Shown here: piece by piece, positions 52,481 to 61,524 of the stretch
Position numbering within the stretch: the stretch's first letter is position 1
Layout of the letters: every line of letters begins with the position of its first letter
NCBI GenBank assembly: GCA_965261595.1
Contig: CBDHDG010000004.1
Coordinates: 64,001-128,000 of the forward strand
Source of the DNA: a bacterium
Lineage (GTDB): Bacteria; UBA8248; JACPRG01; G963555815
Reading direction: 5' to 3'
Length of the DNA stretch: 64,000 bases
Position numbers and translations under genes: made by a program
Notes under the pieces: generated by a model
What the model was told of the DNA's origin: nothing
Seen by the model: only the letters and a program-made list of their open reading frames with translations
The model's database searches: none

Positions 52481-53074
52481 ATGCGAATCGCGGTATTCGC
52501 CTCCGGCCGCGGCTCCAACCTGCGGGCCCTGATGGAAGCGGCCGGCACGGGCTACCTGAAAGCCGAGATCGCGGTTGTTTTGAGCGACGTCCAGAGCGCT
52601 CGGGCGCTGGAGCGGGCGTCTCAGCAGGGCCTGTCCGCCCGGTTTCTGGAGCCCGAGGCGTTCGAAGTAGCGGCCTTGGAGATTTTGAGAAACGCGGCCG
52701 CGGACCTGATATGTCTGGCCGGCTTCATGCGCATCCTGAGCGGCGATTTCATCCAGCGGTGCGGCGTCCCGATCCTGAACGTTCACCCATCGCTTCTGCC
52801 GGCCTTCCCCGGCCTGCGTCCCCAGAGGCAGGCGCTGGAGCATGGGGCGCGCGTTTCAGGAGCCACGGTCCATTTGGTGGATGAGCGGGTCGACCATGGT
52901 CCCGTCATCGCGCAGACGCCGGTTCCCGTTTTCCAGGATGATGACGAAGGGAGTCTCTCGGAACGTATTCTTCGGCAAGAGCACCGCATCTATCCGATGG
53001 CCGTGCGGTGGTTCGCCGAAGGCCGCGTCTCGGTCGAAGGACGGCGCGTGCGGATAGCGGCCGCTCCCGCGTAA
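52481..53074 (+). CDS. purN: Phosphoribosylglycinamide formyltransferase
   Basis: ASGRGSNL, LAGFMRIL, NVHPSLLP, GATVH.V...VD.GP, QEH. Confidence 0.95.
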   Translation: MRIAVFASGRGSNLRALMEAAGTGYLKAEIAVVLSDVQSARALERASQQGLSARFLEPEAFEVAALEILRNAAADLICLAGFMRILSGDFIQRCGVPILNVHPSLLPAFPGLRPQRQALEHGARVSGATVHLVDERVDHGPVIAQTPVPVFQDDDEGSLSERILRQEHRIYPMAVRWFAEGRVSVEGRRVRIAAAPA

Positions 53075-53214
53075 AGGATCGCCTCTTCACGCCGTAATGC
53101 GGACCGGGATGCGGGGGTTCTCAGCGCATGAATCAGAGACGACCCGCCGGGTTGGCGGCCCGGCGGCTATTGTTCCCTTGTATTATCAATGACCTATCTG
53201 CGGATCGCGTGAAA

Positions 53215-53240
53215 GGGCCGATACAGAGCCCGGCCCCTAC
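53215..53240 (-). repeat. GTAG-type REP-like element
   Basis: Minus strand GTAG-GGGCCG-GGCTCTGTAT-CGGCCC hairpin with GTAG foot. Confidence 0.5.
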
Positions 53241-53418
53241 ATGTCCATTGAGGAATCTTGTGTAACGGGCGGGGCGCGAGTCGGTCGACTCCCGTACACG
53301 CCCCAGAAGTGTCGGCGAATCCTCCGGACTTTTCGTCGAGCCGCTCCGGGTAGGAAATTATTTATGCCATCCTCAATAGGCGTTTCGGGGGGAAGCGCTC
53401 CGGGCGGGAGCCCGCTTC

Positions 53419-54372
53419 CTACTCCAATGAGTCCGTGATGATGGGGAAAGCCTCCGCGGCCAACTCCGCGTCCGCCACGGCGTGTTGGAGGATCACCGCG
53501 ACGACCCGTTTGTCCTCGGGAATCGCGTAGATTTCCGTGTTCAGCCGCTGGCCGCCCAACTCGAAATCAAGGATTCGGCCCTCACGCTCCACGCCCTGGA
53601 TGTTTCGTTTGACGGGGCCCCCGCTTCCTTTCAGGAACTTGGCCTCCTGGGATGTAAACTCGGTCTTAAAGCTCTCCATCAGCAGCTTGCGAACCTCCCC
53701 GACAGTCGTGGGCGAGGGGTAAAGCTGGATCATGGCGAAGAGGGATTCTTCATCTTCCAGGCTGATGGTGGCAATGCCCGACTCTTTTTCACTGGAGACC
53801 TTCATGGAGCGGGGATGGCGAAATGAGATCCCATAACCCGCGAATCGCAGGATTTTTTTCCGTTCGGAAGCGGACCGGGCGCGTGAGCCCTTTGGGAAAA
53901 ACACGGCGAGCAGCCGGCCCAGAAATCCCGGACCCGAAGGGGCGGCGAGCGCCTTCAGTCCGTCGAGGCCGGCCTGGAAAATGTCGTTGGCCAGCAGGTC
54001 GCGGACCGCCTTTTCGTCCGCTTGCGCGACATCGAACTCCGCGGTCCACTCGGCCAGCGTGCAGTCTCCGTCGGAGATGTGATCGAGCCGCAGGGTCGCG
54101 GAGTGATTTTCAATGGGCAGCGGGGATTCGAGAATCTCGGTGGTGAAGGAGCGTTCTGCGTCCGCGTGCGCGGTGAGCTTCTCGCGCAAGGCGGCTTCGT
54201 TCCACAAGGTGAGCACGCGCACCGAGCCCATCTCGTTTCCGGAGGAGCCGTCCGCCAATACGCATTCCTCCACCGCCGGGTGCCAATCCGCAATCTCGCC
54301 GAAGTTCCGGACCCTCGCCCAAACCTGCTCAACCGGCTCGTCGATCACCGCGCTGATCTGGACCTTCGTCAT
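53419..54372 (-). CDS. SRPBCC/polyketide cyclase-like domain fused to an uncharacterised (PsbP-like?) C-terminal domain
   Basis: N-terminal ~143 aa: VW..VRNF..I..WHP, GSVR.L, RE.L, TLAEW.AEF, F.AGL..LK; C-terminal ISFRHP...beta-rich domain. Confidence 0.7.
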   Translation of the reverse strand: MTKVQISAVIDEPVEQVWARVRNFGEIADWHPAVEECVLADGSSGNEMGSVRVLTLWNEAALREKLTAHADAERSFTTEILESPLPIENHSATLRLDHISDGDCTLAEWTAEFDVAQADEKAVRDLLANDIFQAGLDGLKALAAPSGPGFLGRLLAVFFPKGSRARSASERKKILRFAGYGISFRHPRSMKVSSEKESGIATISLEDEESLFAMIQLYPSPTTVGEVRKLLMESFKTEFTSQEAKFLKGSGGPVKRNIQGVEREGRILDFELGGQRLNTEIYAIPEDKRVVAVILQHAVADAELAAEAFPIITDSLE

Positions 54373-54455
54373 TCCCGTTCTCCTTAATCCTCACCCCCCC
54401 CTCCCCCCCCCGCGGGTGGAAGCTTGAGCGCCGGACGCCTCCGGTCCGGCCGGGG

Positions 54456-55927
54456 TCACCGCCCGGTTCGGCCGAACGTCATCCCGGCCGCCTGGAAGTT
54501 ATTCACAATCCCGCCCTGAAACTCGACCTTGAGATCGTAGGCGGATTCACCGCTCCACCCCCCCAGGTAAATGGACCGGCCCCGCACTTCCCAATTCCCG
54601 GTGTCGTGTTGCTCGCCGACGGAAGAAGCGTATGACCCGGATCGAGCCGACAGACTCGATGTGTACCGGGACCGGAAAGTCATATCGGCGGACAGATTAA
54701 GGAGCATTTCCCTGGAGCTGCTTCCCGATCCGCCCGTTTTTGCGTAGATCCCTCTCCACTGACCCACCAAGGCTCGCTCCAGCCGGCGGTTGCGCGCCGG
54801 GACGCGGGTCTGGAGAGAGGCGAAAACCGATTCGAGGCGGGGCCGGTAATGCGCCCAGCGATCGCCCATGATCAGCGCGATCAGCGGAAAACTGTAAGGG
54901 GGCTTGACCACCGCGTCGATCCACCCGCGGATGGGCCGTCCGTCGGCGGGCTGGCGCCCGCTGAGGGTCACCGTGAGCCGTCCCCCCCCCCCCCGCCTCC
55001 GCCGGCCGGATGAATGGACGGGCTCCCGTCCGGCCGAAGATGCGGCGCCTGTTTCAGGAGATCCTGAATCGCGCTTTGCGCCATCCGAGCCAGGCCGAGC
55101 CGCAGGTCGGAGCGCTGGACGCGCTGCCGGCTGAGGACGATCCGGGCCTCCAGAATTCCGCCGGGCTTCAGGCCCGGATTGAGAACGATTCCCTGGAAAT
55201 CCCGGGTGTTCATCTCTTGCGCCGACCAGCCCTGCGGAAGCCGGAAGGAGAGGGTTCCATCCGCGCTTTTGAAAATCTCCCCTCCCGGAGCTTGTCTTTT
55301 TCCAGGAACCCTTGCGGTCTTCGGCAATGACGTCGGGCCGCCGGAAGCGCCCTCCTGTTTTTCATCGCTGGGAGGGGAAGGAGAAACATTCCGCGTTCCG
55401 CCGGGAAGGGATGAGGCCGCCCCCGAACGCCCGGAGGGTTTCTGGACGGAGCGTTGAAGGTCAGCGGATGAACGACCCCCGGGAGCGCCCGTCTGTTGCG
55501 AAGAACCGGATGCTTTCGGGGCCTCCGCTTTTCGGAGGCGCGGGCTTCCTCCTACGCGGGAAAGAACGATTGGGTCATCATGGGGGGTTTCCCAGAGGAG
55601 GAGACGATCCCCCCGCAAGGAGAACCGGAACCTTTCGGGGCTGTCGTCCGGAATCCGGATGATGAGAACGTCTCCCCGGATGACATACCTTCCGAAGTCG
55701 CCGTCGTAGCGCAGGGTCCCGTCCGGATTGATCCGGAGATCCATCACATCTCCCTCGTCGAGTCGCCCACGCCATGTCCCTGAGAGGTCCTGGCCGAAAG
55801 CGCCTTCCGACCCCATGAACGCGGCCACGCCCAGGATGAGGAGGAAGAAACGGCCCCAGCGAATGCCTCCCTGGGTTTTGAGCGGATGGCGGAAGAGACG
55901 CATCTTTCCCCCCTTATGCGAAATCAT
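54456..55927 (-). pseudogene. Secreted multidomain protein split by a frameshift at a G13 tract (54982-54994)
   Basis: ORF 54968..55927 (signal peptide, DLSGTWRG, low-complexity linker, SFRLPQGW) and ORF 54456..54971 join if the tract is G11 or G14. Confidence 0.65.
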
Positions 55928-56435
55928 GGATTTCGAGCCGGGATTTTGTCATCTTCGGGCTTCGCCCTCCGTCGGATCGGGGGTGGGATGGACCGTGAAT
56001 TTTTGCGGCCCGCCCCTAGCCGATTTTACGGATGATTGCCATAGCCGTGTCGTGAAGCATCTTGGACACGTTCGAAATCGTCTGCAAGATCCGCTGCGAT
56101 TTCTGGAGCATGTTCTGAAGGTCGATGTTGGCGAGCTGGGCATCGTTGCCAACGCTCGACAGCTGCCGCCGCATATCCTCGATAGTTGCTTCCATGTGCG
56201 CCTTGGTCATCGTCTTCCAACTCCGCCGGATCAAGGCGTTCTTGCCCTTCTCGAACCTGCGTCGCAGAAGGATTGACCGAACCCGTACGCCGCCGCCTCG
56301 AAGCTTCGCGGCCTTCGCGCGCAACCGCGCCATGTGATTCCTGAGCGCCTTCTTCTGTTCATTGTAAAAGCGCACCTTGTCGGCGTGGAAAGCGAGTCCC
56401 CCGCTCTAGGGTTTTGTTGGACACTCGATTGATCC

Positions 56436-56849
56436 ATGATTCATGGAGAAAGGGGTGTCGCGATGAACGAACAAAAGCAAGAGGGGGCTTTGGCGGAGGG
56501 CGCCCGCAGGGCGAACGGAGCCAAGGCCCCAGGGCATCGCAGTGAGCGGGGTCGGTTCTCCTGCCAGCGCAAGCGGGAGGCGGTCCTGCGTCTTTTGCGG
56601 GGCGAGAGCCTGGAGACGCTCTGCCGCGAGTTGGGCACGACAGCGGTTCGGCTTTCCGCCTGGCGCGAGGCGTTCCTTCGCGGGGGCGAGGCGGCGCTAA
56701 AAGCCCGCCCGGCGGATGAGCGGGACGAGGAGAACGCCCGGCTCAAGGCCAAGGTGGGCGAACTCACGATGGAGGGCGAGGTCCTGCGGGAGAAGATCGA
56801 CCGCCTGGAGGCCGGCCGCCCTTTAGCCGGCAGGAGGTGGAGGCGATGA
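56436..56849 (+). CDS. IS3-family transposase OrfA (HTH + leucine zipper)
   Basis: K.EAVLRLLRGE.L..L.RELG, LKAKVGELTME; ATGA overlap with orfB. Confidence 0.88.
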   Translation: MIHGERGVAMNEQKQEGALAEGARRANGAKAPGHRSERGRFSCQRKREAVLRLLRGESLETLCRELGTTAVRLSAWREAFLRGGEAALKARPADERDEENARLKAKVGELTMEGEVLREKIDRLEAGRPLAGRRWRR

Positions 56850-57754
56850 GTCAGGCCCGCTTCACCTCCACGGGCAGAGCCTACGGCCTGAAGCGGGTGT
56901 GCGCCCTTTGGGGCTTGGCGCGCTCCACGGTCTACGCGCAACGGCGGCGAGAGGCGGTCCCCGTTCATGAACGCCCCACGCCCAATAAGCGCGGCCCTGT
57001 GGGCCCGTGCACCGATGCGGAACTCCTCGGCCACATCCGGCAGGTCCTGGAGGACTCTCCCTTCCATGGCGAGGGCTACCGCAAGGTGTGGGCGAGGCTG
57101 CGCTTCGCGGGCATCCGCACCAGCAAGGAGCGGGTGCGTCGCCTGATGCGGGAGGCGGGGCTTCAGGCCCCCCACCGGGTGGGCAAACCCCGAGGTCCCA
57201 AGGCCCACAACGGGACCATCCGCACCGAGCGGCCCGACCGAATGTGGGGCACGGACATGACGACGACGGTGACCACCGAGGAGGGGGTGGCCTCGGTGGT
57301 CGTGGCGGTGGATCACTGCTCGGTGGACTGCGTGGGGATCCATGCGGCCAAGAGCGGCAACCGCTTCGAGGCCCTGGAGCCGATCCGGCAGGGGGTCGCC
57401 GAGCGCTTCGCCGGCTTGGAGGCGGACGTCGCCGAGGGGCTTAAAGTTCGTCACGACCACGGCCCCGCCTATCTGTCCGATGACTTTCAGCGGGAGATCG
57501 CCTACCTGGGCATGACCAGTTCGCCCAGCTTCGTGCGGGCGCCCGAGGGAAATGGCTACTGTGAGTGGTTTATCCGCATCTTGAAGGAGAATCTCCTGTG
57601 GGTGCGCTCTTTCGCCACCGTAGAGGAACTGCGGTGGGCGCTGCTTGAGTTCAAGAACCTGTACAACCATCATTGGATTCTCGAGGGCTACGGCTACCGA
57701 ACGCCGGCCCAGGCAAGGCAGGAAAAACTCGCTCAAGTTGCGGAGGCCGCATGA
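56846..57754 (+). CDS. IS3-family transposase OrfB (DDE/rve)
   Basis: GYRKVWARL, WGTDMT, RHDHG, NG..E.F.R.LKE, YN..W. Confidence 0.9.
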   Translation: MSQARFTSTGRAYGLKRVCALWGLARSTVYAQRRREAVPVHERPTPNKRGPVGPCTDAELLGHIRQVLEDSPFHGEGYRKVWARLRFAGIRTSKERVRRLMREAGLQAPHRVGKPRGPKAHNGTIRTERPDRMWGTDMTTTVTTEEGVASVVVAVDHCSVDCVGIHAAKSGNRFEALEPIRQGVAERFAGLEADVAEGLKVRHDHGPAYLSDDFQREIAYLGMTSSPSFVRAPEGNGYCEWFIRILKENLLWVRSFATVEELRWALLEFKNLYNHHWILEGYGYRTPAQARQEKLAQVAEAA

Positions 57755-58863
57755 GGTCGAATACCCTCACCCGAGTGTCCAATAACCCAGGGGCGGTCCA
57801 CGAGGTCTTTCTTCTGTTCGAGGATGCTCTCCCGCAGCACCCACAGGATAAGGGCATGTACGTTCCGCGCCGTGCGCTTGGAGAAGTGGCTTTGCGAGAA
57901 CCCTTGCCATCCGGCTTTGGCCGCCATCGTCCTTCCGGCCTTCAGGTCTCGCAGCACCCTCCTCAACGCGGCCTTCTCTCTCGCGGACACGCTTCGGGGC
58001 AACTTCCGCGCCGCCGCCGCCCGGACCATGAGCCGGATGTCAAACTTCCGCCCGCCCGCCGGGGGCTTCCCGACACGGGGCTTTTTGACAGTGGGCAGGT
58101 TAGGGTGCGGAACAGGGATCGGCCCAGCGGGAGAAGGAGTGACCGGCGCATCGGGGAACCCACGGCCGGGCTTTATCTTGGCAGGGGGCTTCTTGTAGCG
58201 ATATAGGGTGAGCTAGATGCCTGTCCTTCGGCTGACGAGCCTGCCGGCGCCCGGGTTCTGCCGTGCCACGGTGTTGTGCTTGCTTCGCCACCTGGTCGAG
58301 ACTTTCCGGCCCTCGATGTAAGGGGACAAACCCGTCCCCGAAGAATTCTCTCGGCGTTGGACACGCTGAGGTTGAGGACGGGGGGGACGGTGACCTTATG
58401 CGGCGGCGGGGGCGGCTTCGGTGGCTTCTTGATCTTGGGCGGGGGCGGGTGGAACCTGGCCAAGAGGAGGCCCGCGCTCTTTTCGGCCGCGATGACCGTG
58501 GTCTGCCCGAACACCGTGACGGGATAGCTTCCCGCAAGAATAAACGGCGTCAACATCAGCAAGAAGCGGGCAAAGAAGCGGCTAACCTTCTCGTGTGAGA
58601 TAGTCATGAATACCTCTTCCTATCGTTTCCCGGTCCATGATTCTCCGAAGGGGAGAAGAGATGTCTTCCCGCCGGCACGAAAGCTCCCCTTGCCTGGACA
58701 GGCTCTCTCTGGCTTATGTTCCGCATAAATTAAACCTTGAACTGTAGCAACCTACCACATACGGACTCAGGGCGCCCTTTGGGTGCGTGCGGTCTCATCT
58801 TGAGGCCGCCCCCAATCGGGAGTTCGCATTGAGGTCTATTTTGGGATTACTACAATACGAGAC

Positions 58864-59798
58864 TCAGTAGGCCATGCGCCGCGGACCCGGCGTGGTGAAA
58901 TAGAGCCCCGTCTCCTTGTCGATGTAAATCGGCGGGAGCTCACTCGTGTTTTCGAAATACCGGTAAACGGATTCGAGGCTTTGCCAGAACGCGGCGAGAT
59001 CCTTGCGCTTTTCTTCCAGGCCCCGGCGGATCGGTTTGTTGGCCGGATCGCTGAACCGGAAGGGAAAGATGTGCACCTGAGTCCCTCCCACCTTGCGGGC
59101 GTCGGTCAGGACGAAGACCTCTTCGATGCTTCGGTCGCCGATGGGGATGCACCCGATGGTGCCTTTTTCCCGTGAATGAATATTTCGTTGCCGAGCGGAT
59201 TGACCCGTCCATCGCCCCAAAGGGACGGCATCCCTCTGATCAGAGACCGGTCTATCCGCCCATTGTTTCTCCGCCACCAGCGAAGCGCCGCCCGCTCCCC
59301 ATTTCGGGTGATTGTCCCCAGGCGTCTGCCGAGAATCGCGTCGGACGGATTGGGGTAGCTGACGGCCAACGAAAGGTGATAGCTGCTCCAGGGGTTGTGA
59401 TAGAGGATCTTGTAGACGCCCTCGGGAACCCGGCCGTCCCCCATCCTCCTCTTCGGTCCGGTGTCTTGGGACGCCTGATTTGGCCCCCGCCTGTAATTCA
59501 GGGGGAGGTTGAAGGCCCGATAGGTCTTCACACGGGTGAAGGGGCCCGAGGAGCCGTTTCTCGCCCAGAGATCGAGAGACTCTTCCAGTTTGAAGACGCG
59601 AAGAAAAACGTCGCCGGGCGGGTAGGTCAAACCCCGGCTCTCGAACAGAGGCCGCAGGCGCGCCCGGATTCGCCTTTCCGTCCTGCTCACCGCGCTGAGG
59701 ATCTGGGGGGTCTCCCGGGCCTCCGCCACGGGATCGAGGTTGAACAAAGGGATCGCCAGGACGATTACGATGGCGGCATGGGTGCGCATGGATTTCAT
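58864..59798 (-). pseudogene. L,D-transpeptidase (YkuD) family protein, YafK/DpaA-like; frameshift at the active site (59163-59171)
   Basis: Signal peptide, LRVFK.E..L.LW, GPK...GD.RVPEG.Y, NP.SSYHLSL..SYPN..D, GNEIFIHG, then GTIGC...FW..L in the -1 frame. Confidence 0.8.
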
Positions 59799-60120
59799 CT
59801 GAAGAGGACATCCCTTATCTTTGGCGCCGCCGACGCCGTGGTTTCGAGCCGACCTCGGTCGGAAAATTCGCGCGTTCCCCCGACGCGGCGGGAAATAAGC
59901 GCTGAAAATCTGATTGTAAGAGGAAACGCGGGTTGGGGCCATTGAAATCCGAAACGCGGCCGGACCATCAGGTTAAAATTTTCTTAGAATCGAGGGGAGG
60001 ATGGCGCGGTCCGGATTTGCGGTTTAAATAGCGATTGGCTGTCGGTCGATTCCGTCAAACTCCGCCTTGTCGGGGGGTCGTTGGAAGGATGGATTCCAGG
60101 CTGGTCTCGGGGAGAACCGG

Positions 60121-60819
60121 ATGTTACTTCCTCTTAAAGATGATAGTCCGACCCGGATCACGCCTTACGTCACGTATGTTTTCATCGGGTTGAATCTCCT
60201 GGGCTTTTTTATGGAGCTTCAGGCCCCCAGTGCTTTGGCGCAACGGAAGCTGGTTTTGGCGATGGGCGCCATTCCTGCTCGGTTTCTCCACGATGTCGTG
60301 TTTCGGGATTATTTTCTTCCCGTCTGGCTGACGCTTTTCACTTCCCTGTTTTTGCACGCGGGATGGCTCCACCTCGGCTCGAACATGCTCTACCTGTGGA
60401 TATTCGGGAACAACGTGGAAGAATATCTGGGGCATGGGAGGTTCATCATCTTCTATCTTCTGTCCGGCGCGGCGGCGACCTGGGGCCACATTCTGGTGAA
60501 TCCATCCTCCGTGACGCCCCTGATCGGCGCCAGCGGGGCCATCGCGGGCGTGTTGGGCGCTTATATCGTGCTCTATCCCCGGCACCAGGTGCGGTGCCTG
60601 TTGTTCATCTTCATTATTGTCCAGGTCATCAAGCTTCCCGCGGTCTGGGTCTTGGGATTCTGGTTTGTGATTCAACTGTTTCAGGGTACGATGTCATTGG
60701 GAGCGGCGACCTCCGGCAGCGTCGCCTGGTTCGCCCACATCGGCGGCTTCGGCGCCGGCCTGTTGCTGATTCAGATGGCGAGGAAGTTCGGTTGGAACGA
60801 ATACAGAAACTGGTCGTAA
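60121..60819 (+). CDS. Rhomboid-family intramembrane serine protease
   Basis: FLHAGWLHLGSNMLYL, GASGA, AHIGG. Confidence 0.93.
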   Translation: MLLPLKDDSPTRITPYVTYVFIGLNLLGFFMELQAPSALAQRKLVLAMGAIPARFLHDVVFRDYFLPVWLTLFTSLFLHAGWLHLGSNMLYLWIFGNNVEEYLGHGRFIIFYLLSGAAATWGHILVNPSSVTPLIGASGAIAGVLGAYIVLYPRHQVRCLLFIFIIVQVIKLPAVWVLGFWFVIQLFQGTMSLGAATSGSVAWFAHIGGFGAGLLLIQMARKFGWNEYRNWS

Positions 60820-61499
60820 CGCTGGGAGCCGCCGCGTGGCTCGCCGCCGGCCCGGTTGTCTCCGCTCAGGCTCAGAGCCGGGCGCTGGACGCCGTCGTGG
60901 ACGGCGTTCAGGACCGCTACCAGAAGACCCACTTCTTCCAGGCCCGGTTTCAACAAACGTCCACCTTGGCCTCATTGGACGAGAAACAGGAATCTCGCGG
61001 CCGGGTCTTTATCCGCAAGCCGGGAATGATGAGATGGGTCTATGAATCCCCAGAGAAGCAGCTTCTCGTGAGCGACGGCCTGAATTACTGGGTCTACACG
61101 CCGCGGCAAAAACAGGTCATTATGACCCGTTTCGGCGACGCATTTCGATCAAAGACGCCGCTCGCTTTTCTGGCCGGCAATGGAAAGATTCGAGATGAGT
61201 TCAACATCCGGTTCGCGAAGAAACCGCCGAAAGCCGGGGACGGACTGTCCGCCGTTCATCGTCTGGTTCTCACGCCCAAGGCGGCGCATCCCGGTTTGAA
61301 GGAAATCCTGCTGGAGGTTCGCAAGGAGGATTTTCTGATTGTCCGCAGCGCCTTGATCGACCCGTTCGGAAATATCACGGACATCCGCTTCAAGGAGATC
61401 CGCGTGGATAAGATCCCTCCCCTGGAGCTATTCACCTTTCAGATTCCCCCGGGCGTCGAGGTCGTCAGACCGCCCCGCCTGCCGGGGAGTTCCCAGTGA
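60792..61499 (+). CDS. lolA: Outer-membrane lipoprotein carrier LolA
   Basis: Signal peptide, ARFQQ, G...IRKPG.MRW.Y..P..Q.LVSDG, TPL..L, F.F.IP.GV. Confidence 0.88.
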   Translation: MERIQKLVVTLGAAAWLAAGPVVSAQAQSRALDAVVDGVQDRYQKTHFFQARFQQTSTLASLDEKQESRGRVFIRKPGMMRWVYESPEKQLLVSDGLNYWVYTPRQKQVIMTRFGDAFRSKTPLAFLAGNGKIRDEFNIRFAKKPPKAGDGLSAVHRLVLTPKAAHPGLKEILLEVRKEDFLIVRSALIDPFGNITDIRFKEIRVDKIPPLELFTFQIPPGVEVVRPPRLPGSSQ

Positions 61500-61524
61500 T
61501 TCGAGCTGATTTGAGGATCCGCCA

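Larger units (their letters stand above)
56397..57800 (+). mobile_element. IS3-family insertion sequence, about 1404 bp, with 4-bp target duplication CGAG
   Basis: CGAG at 56393-56396 and 57801-57804; imperfect terminal IRs sharing TTGGACACTCG / CGAGTGTCCAA; orfA/orfB pair; right end ...CA. Confidence 0.9.
56016..58607 (-). pseudogene. Secreted PASTA-domain/Pro-rich protein with conserved helical C-terminus; disrupted by a frameshift (~58332), a TAG (58213-58215) and an IS3 insertion
   Basis: Removing the IS and one CGAG copy restores the frame ...LEQKKDL-AFHADKVRFYNEQKK...; PASTA-like VTVPPVLNLSVSNAERIL..GL...VARQNPGAG. Confidence 0.75.

Noticed and set aside
58714..58728. XerC-arm-like GTTCCGCATAA as a dif site
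   Set aside because: No XerD arm at the right spacing; better read as a short TTATG-N5-CATAA palindrome of unknown role.
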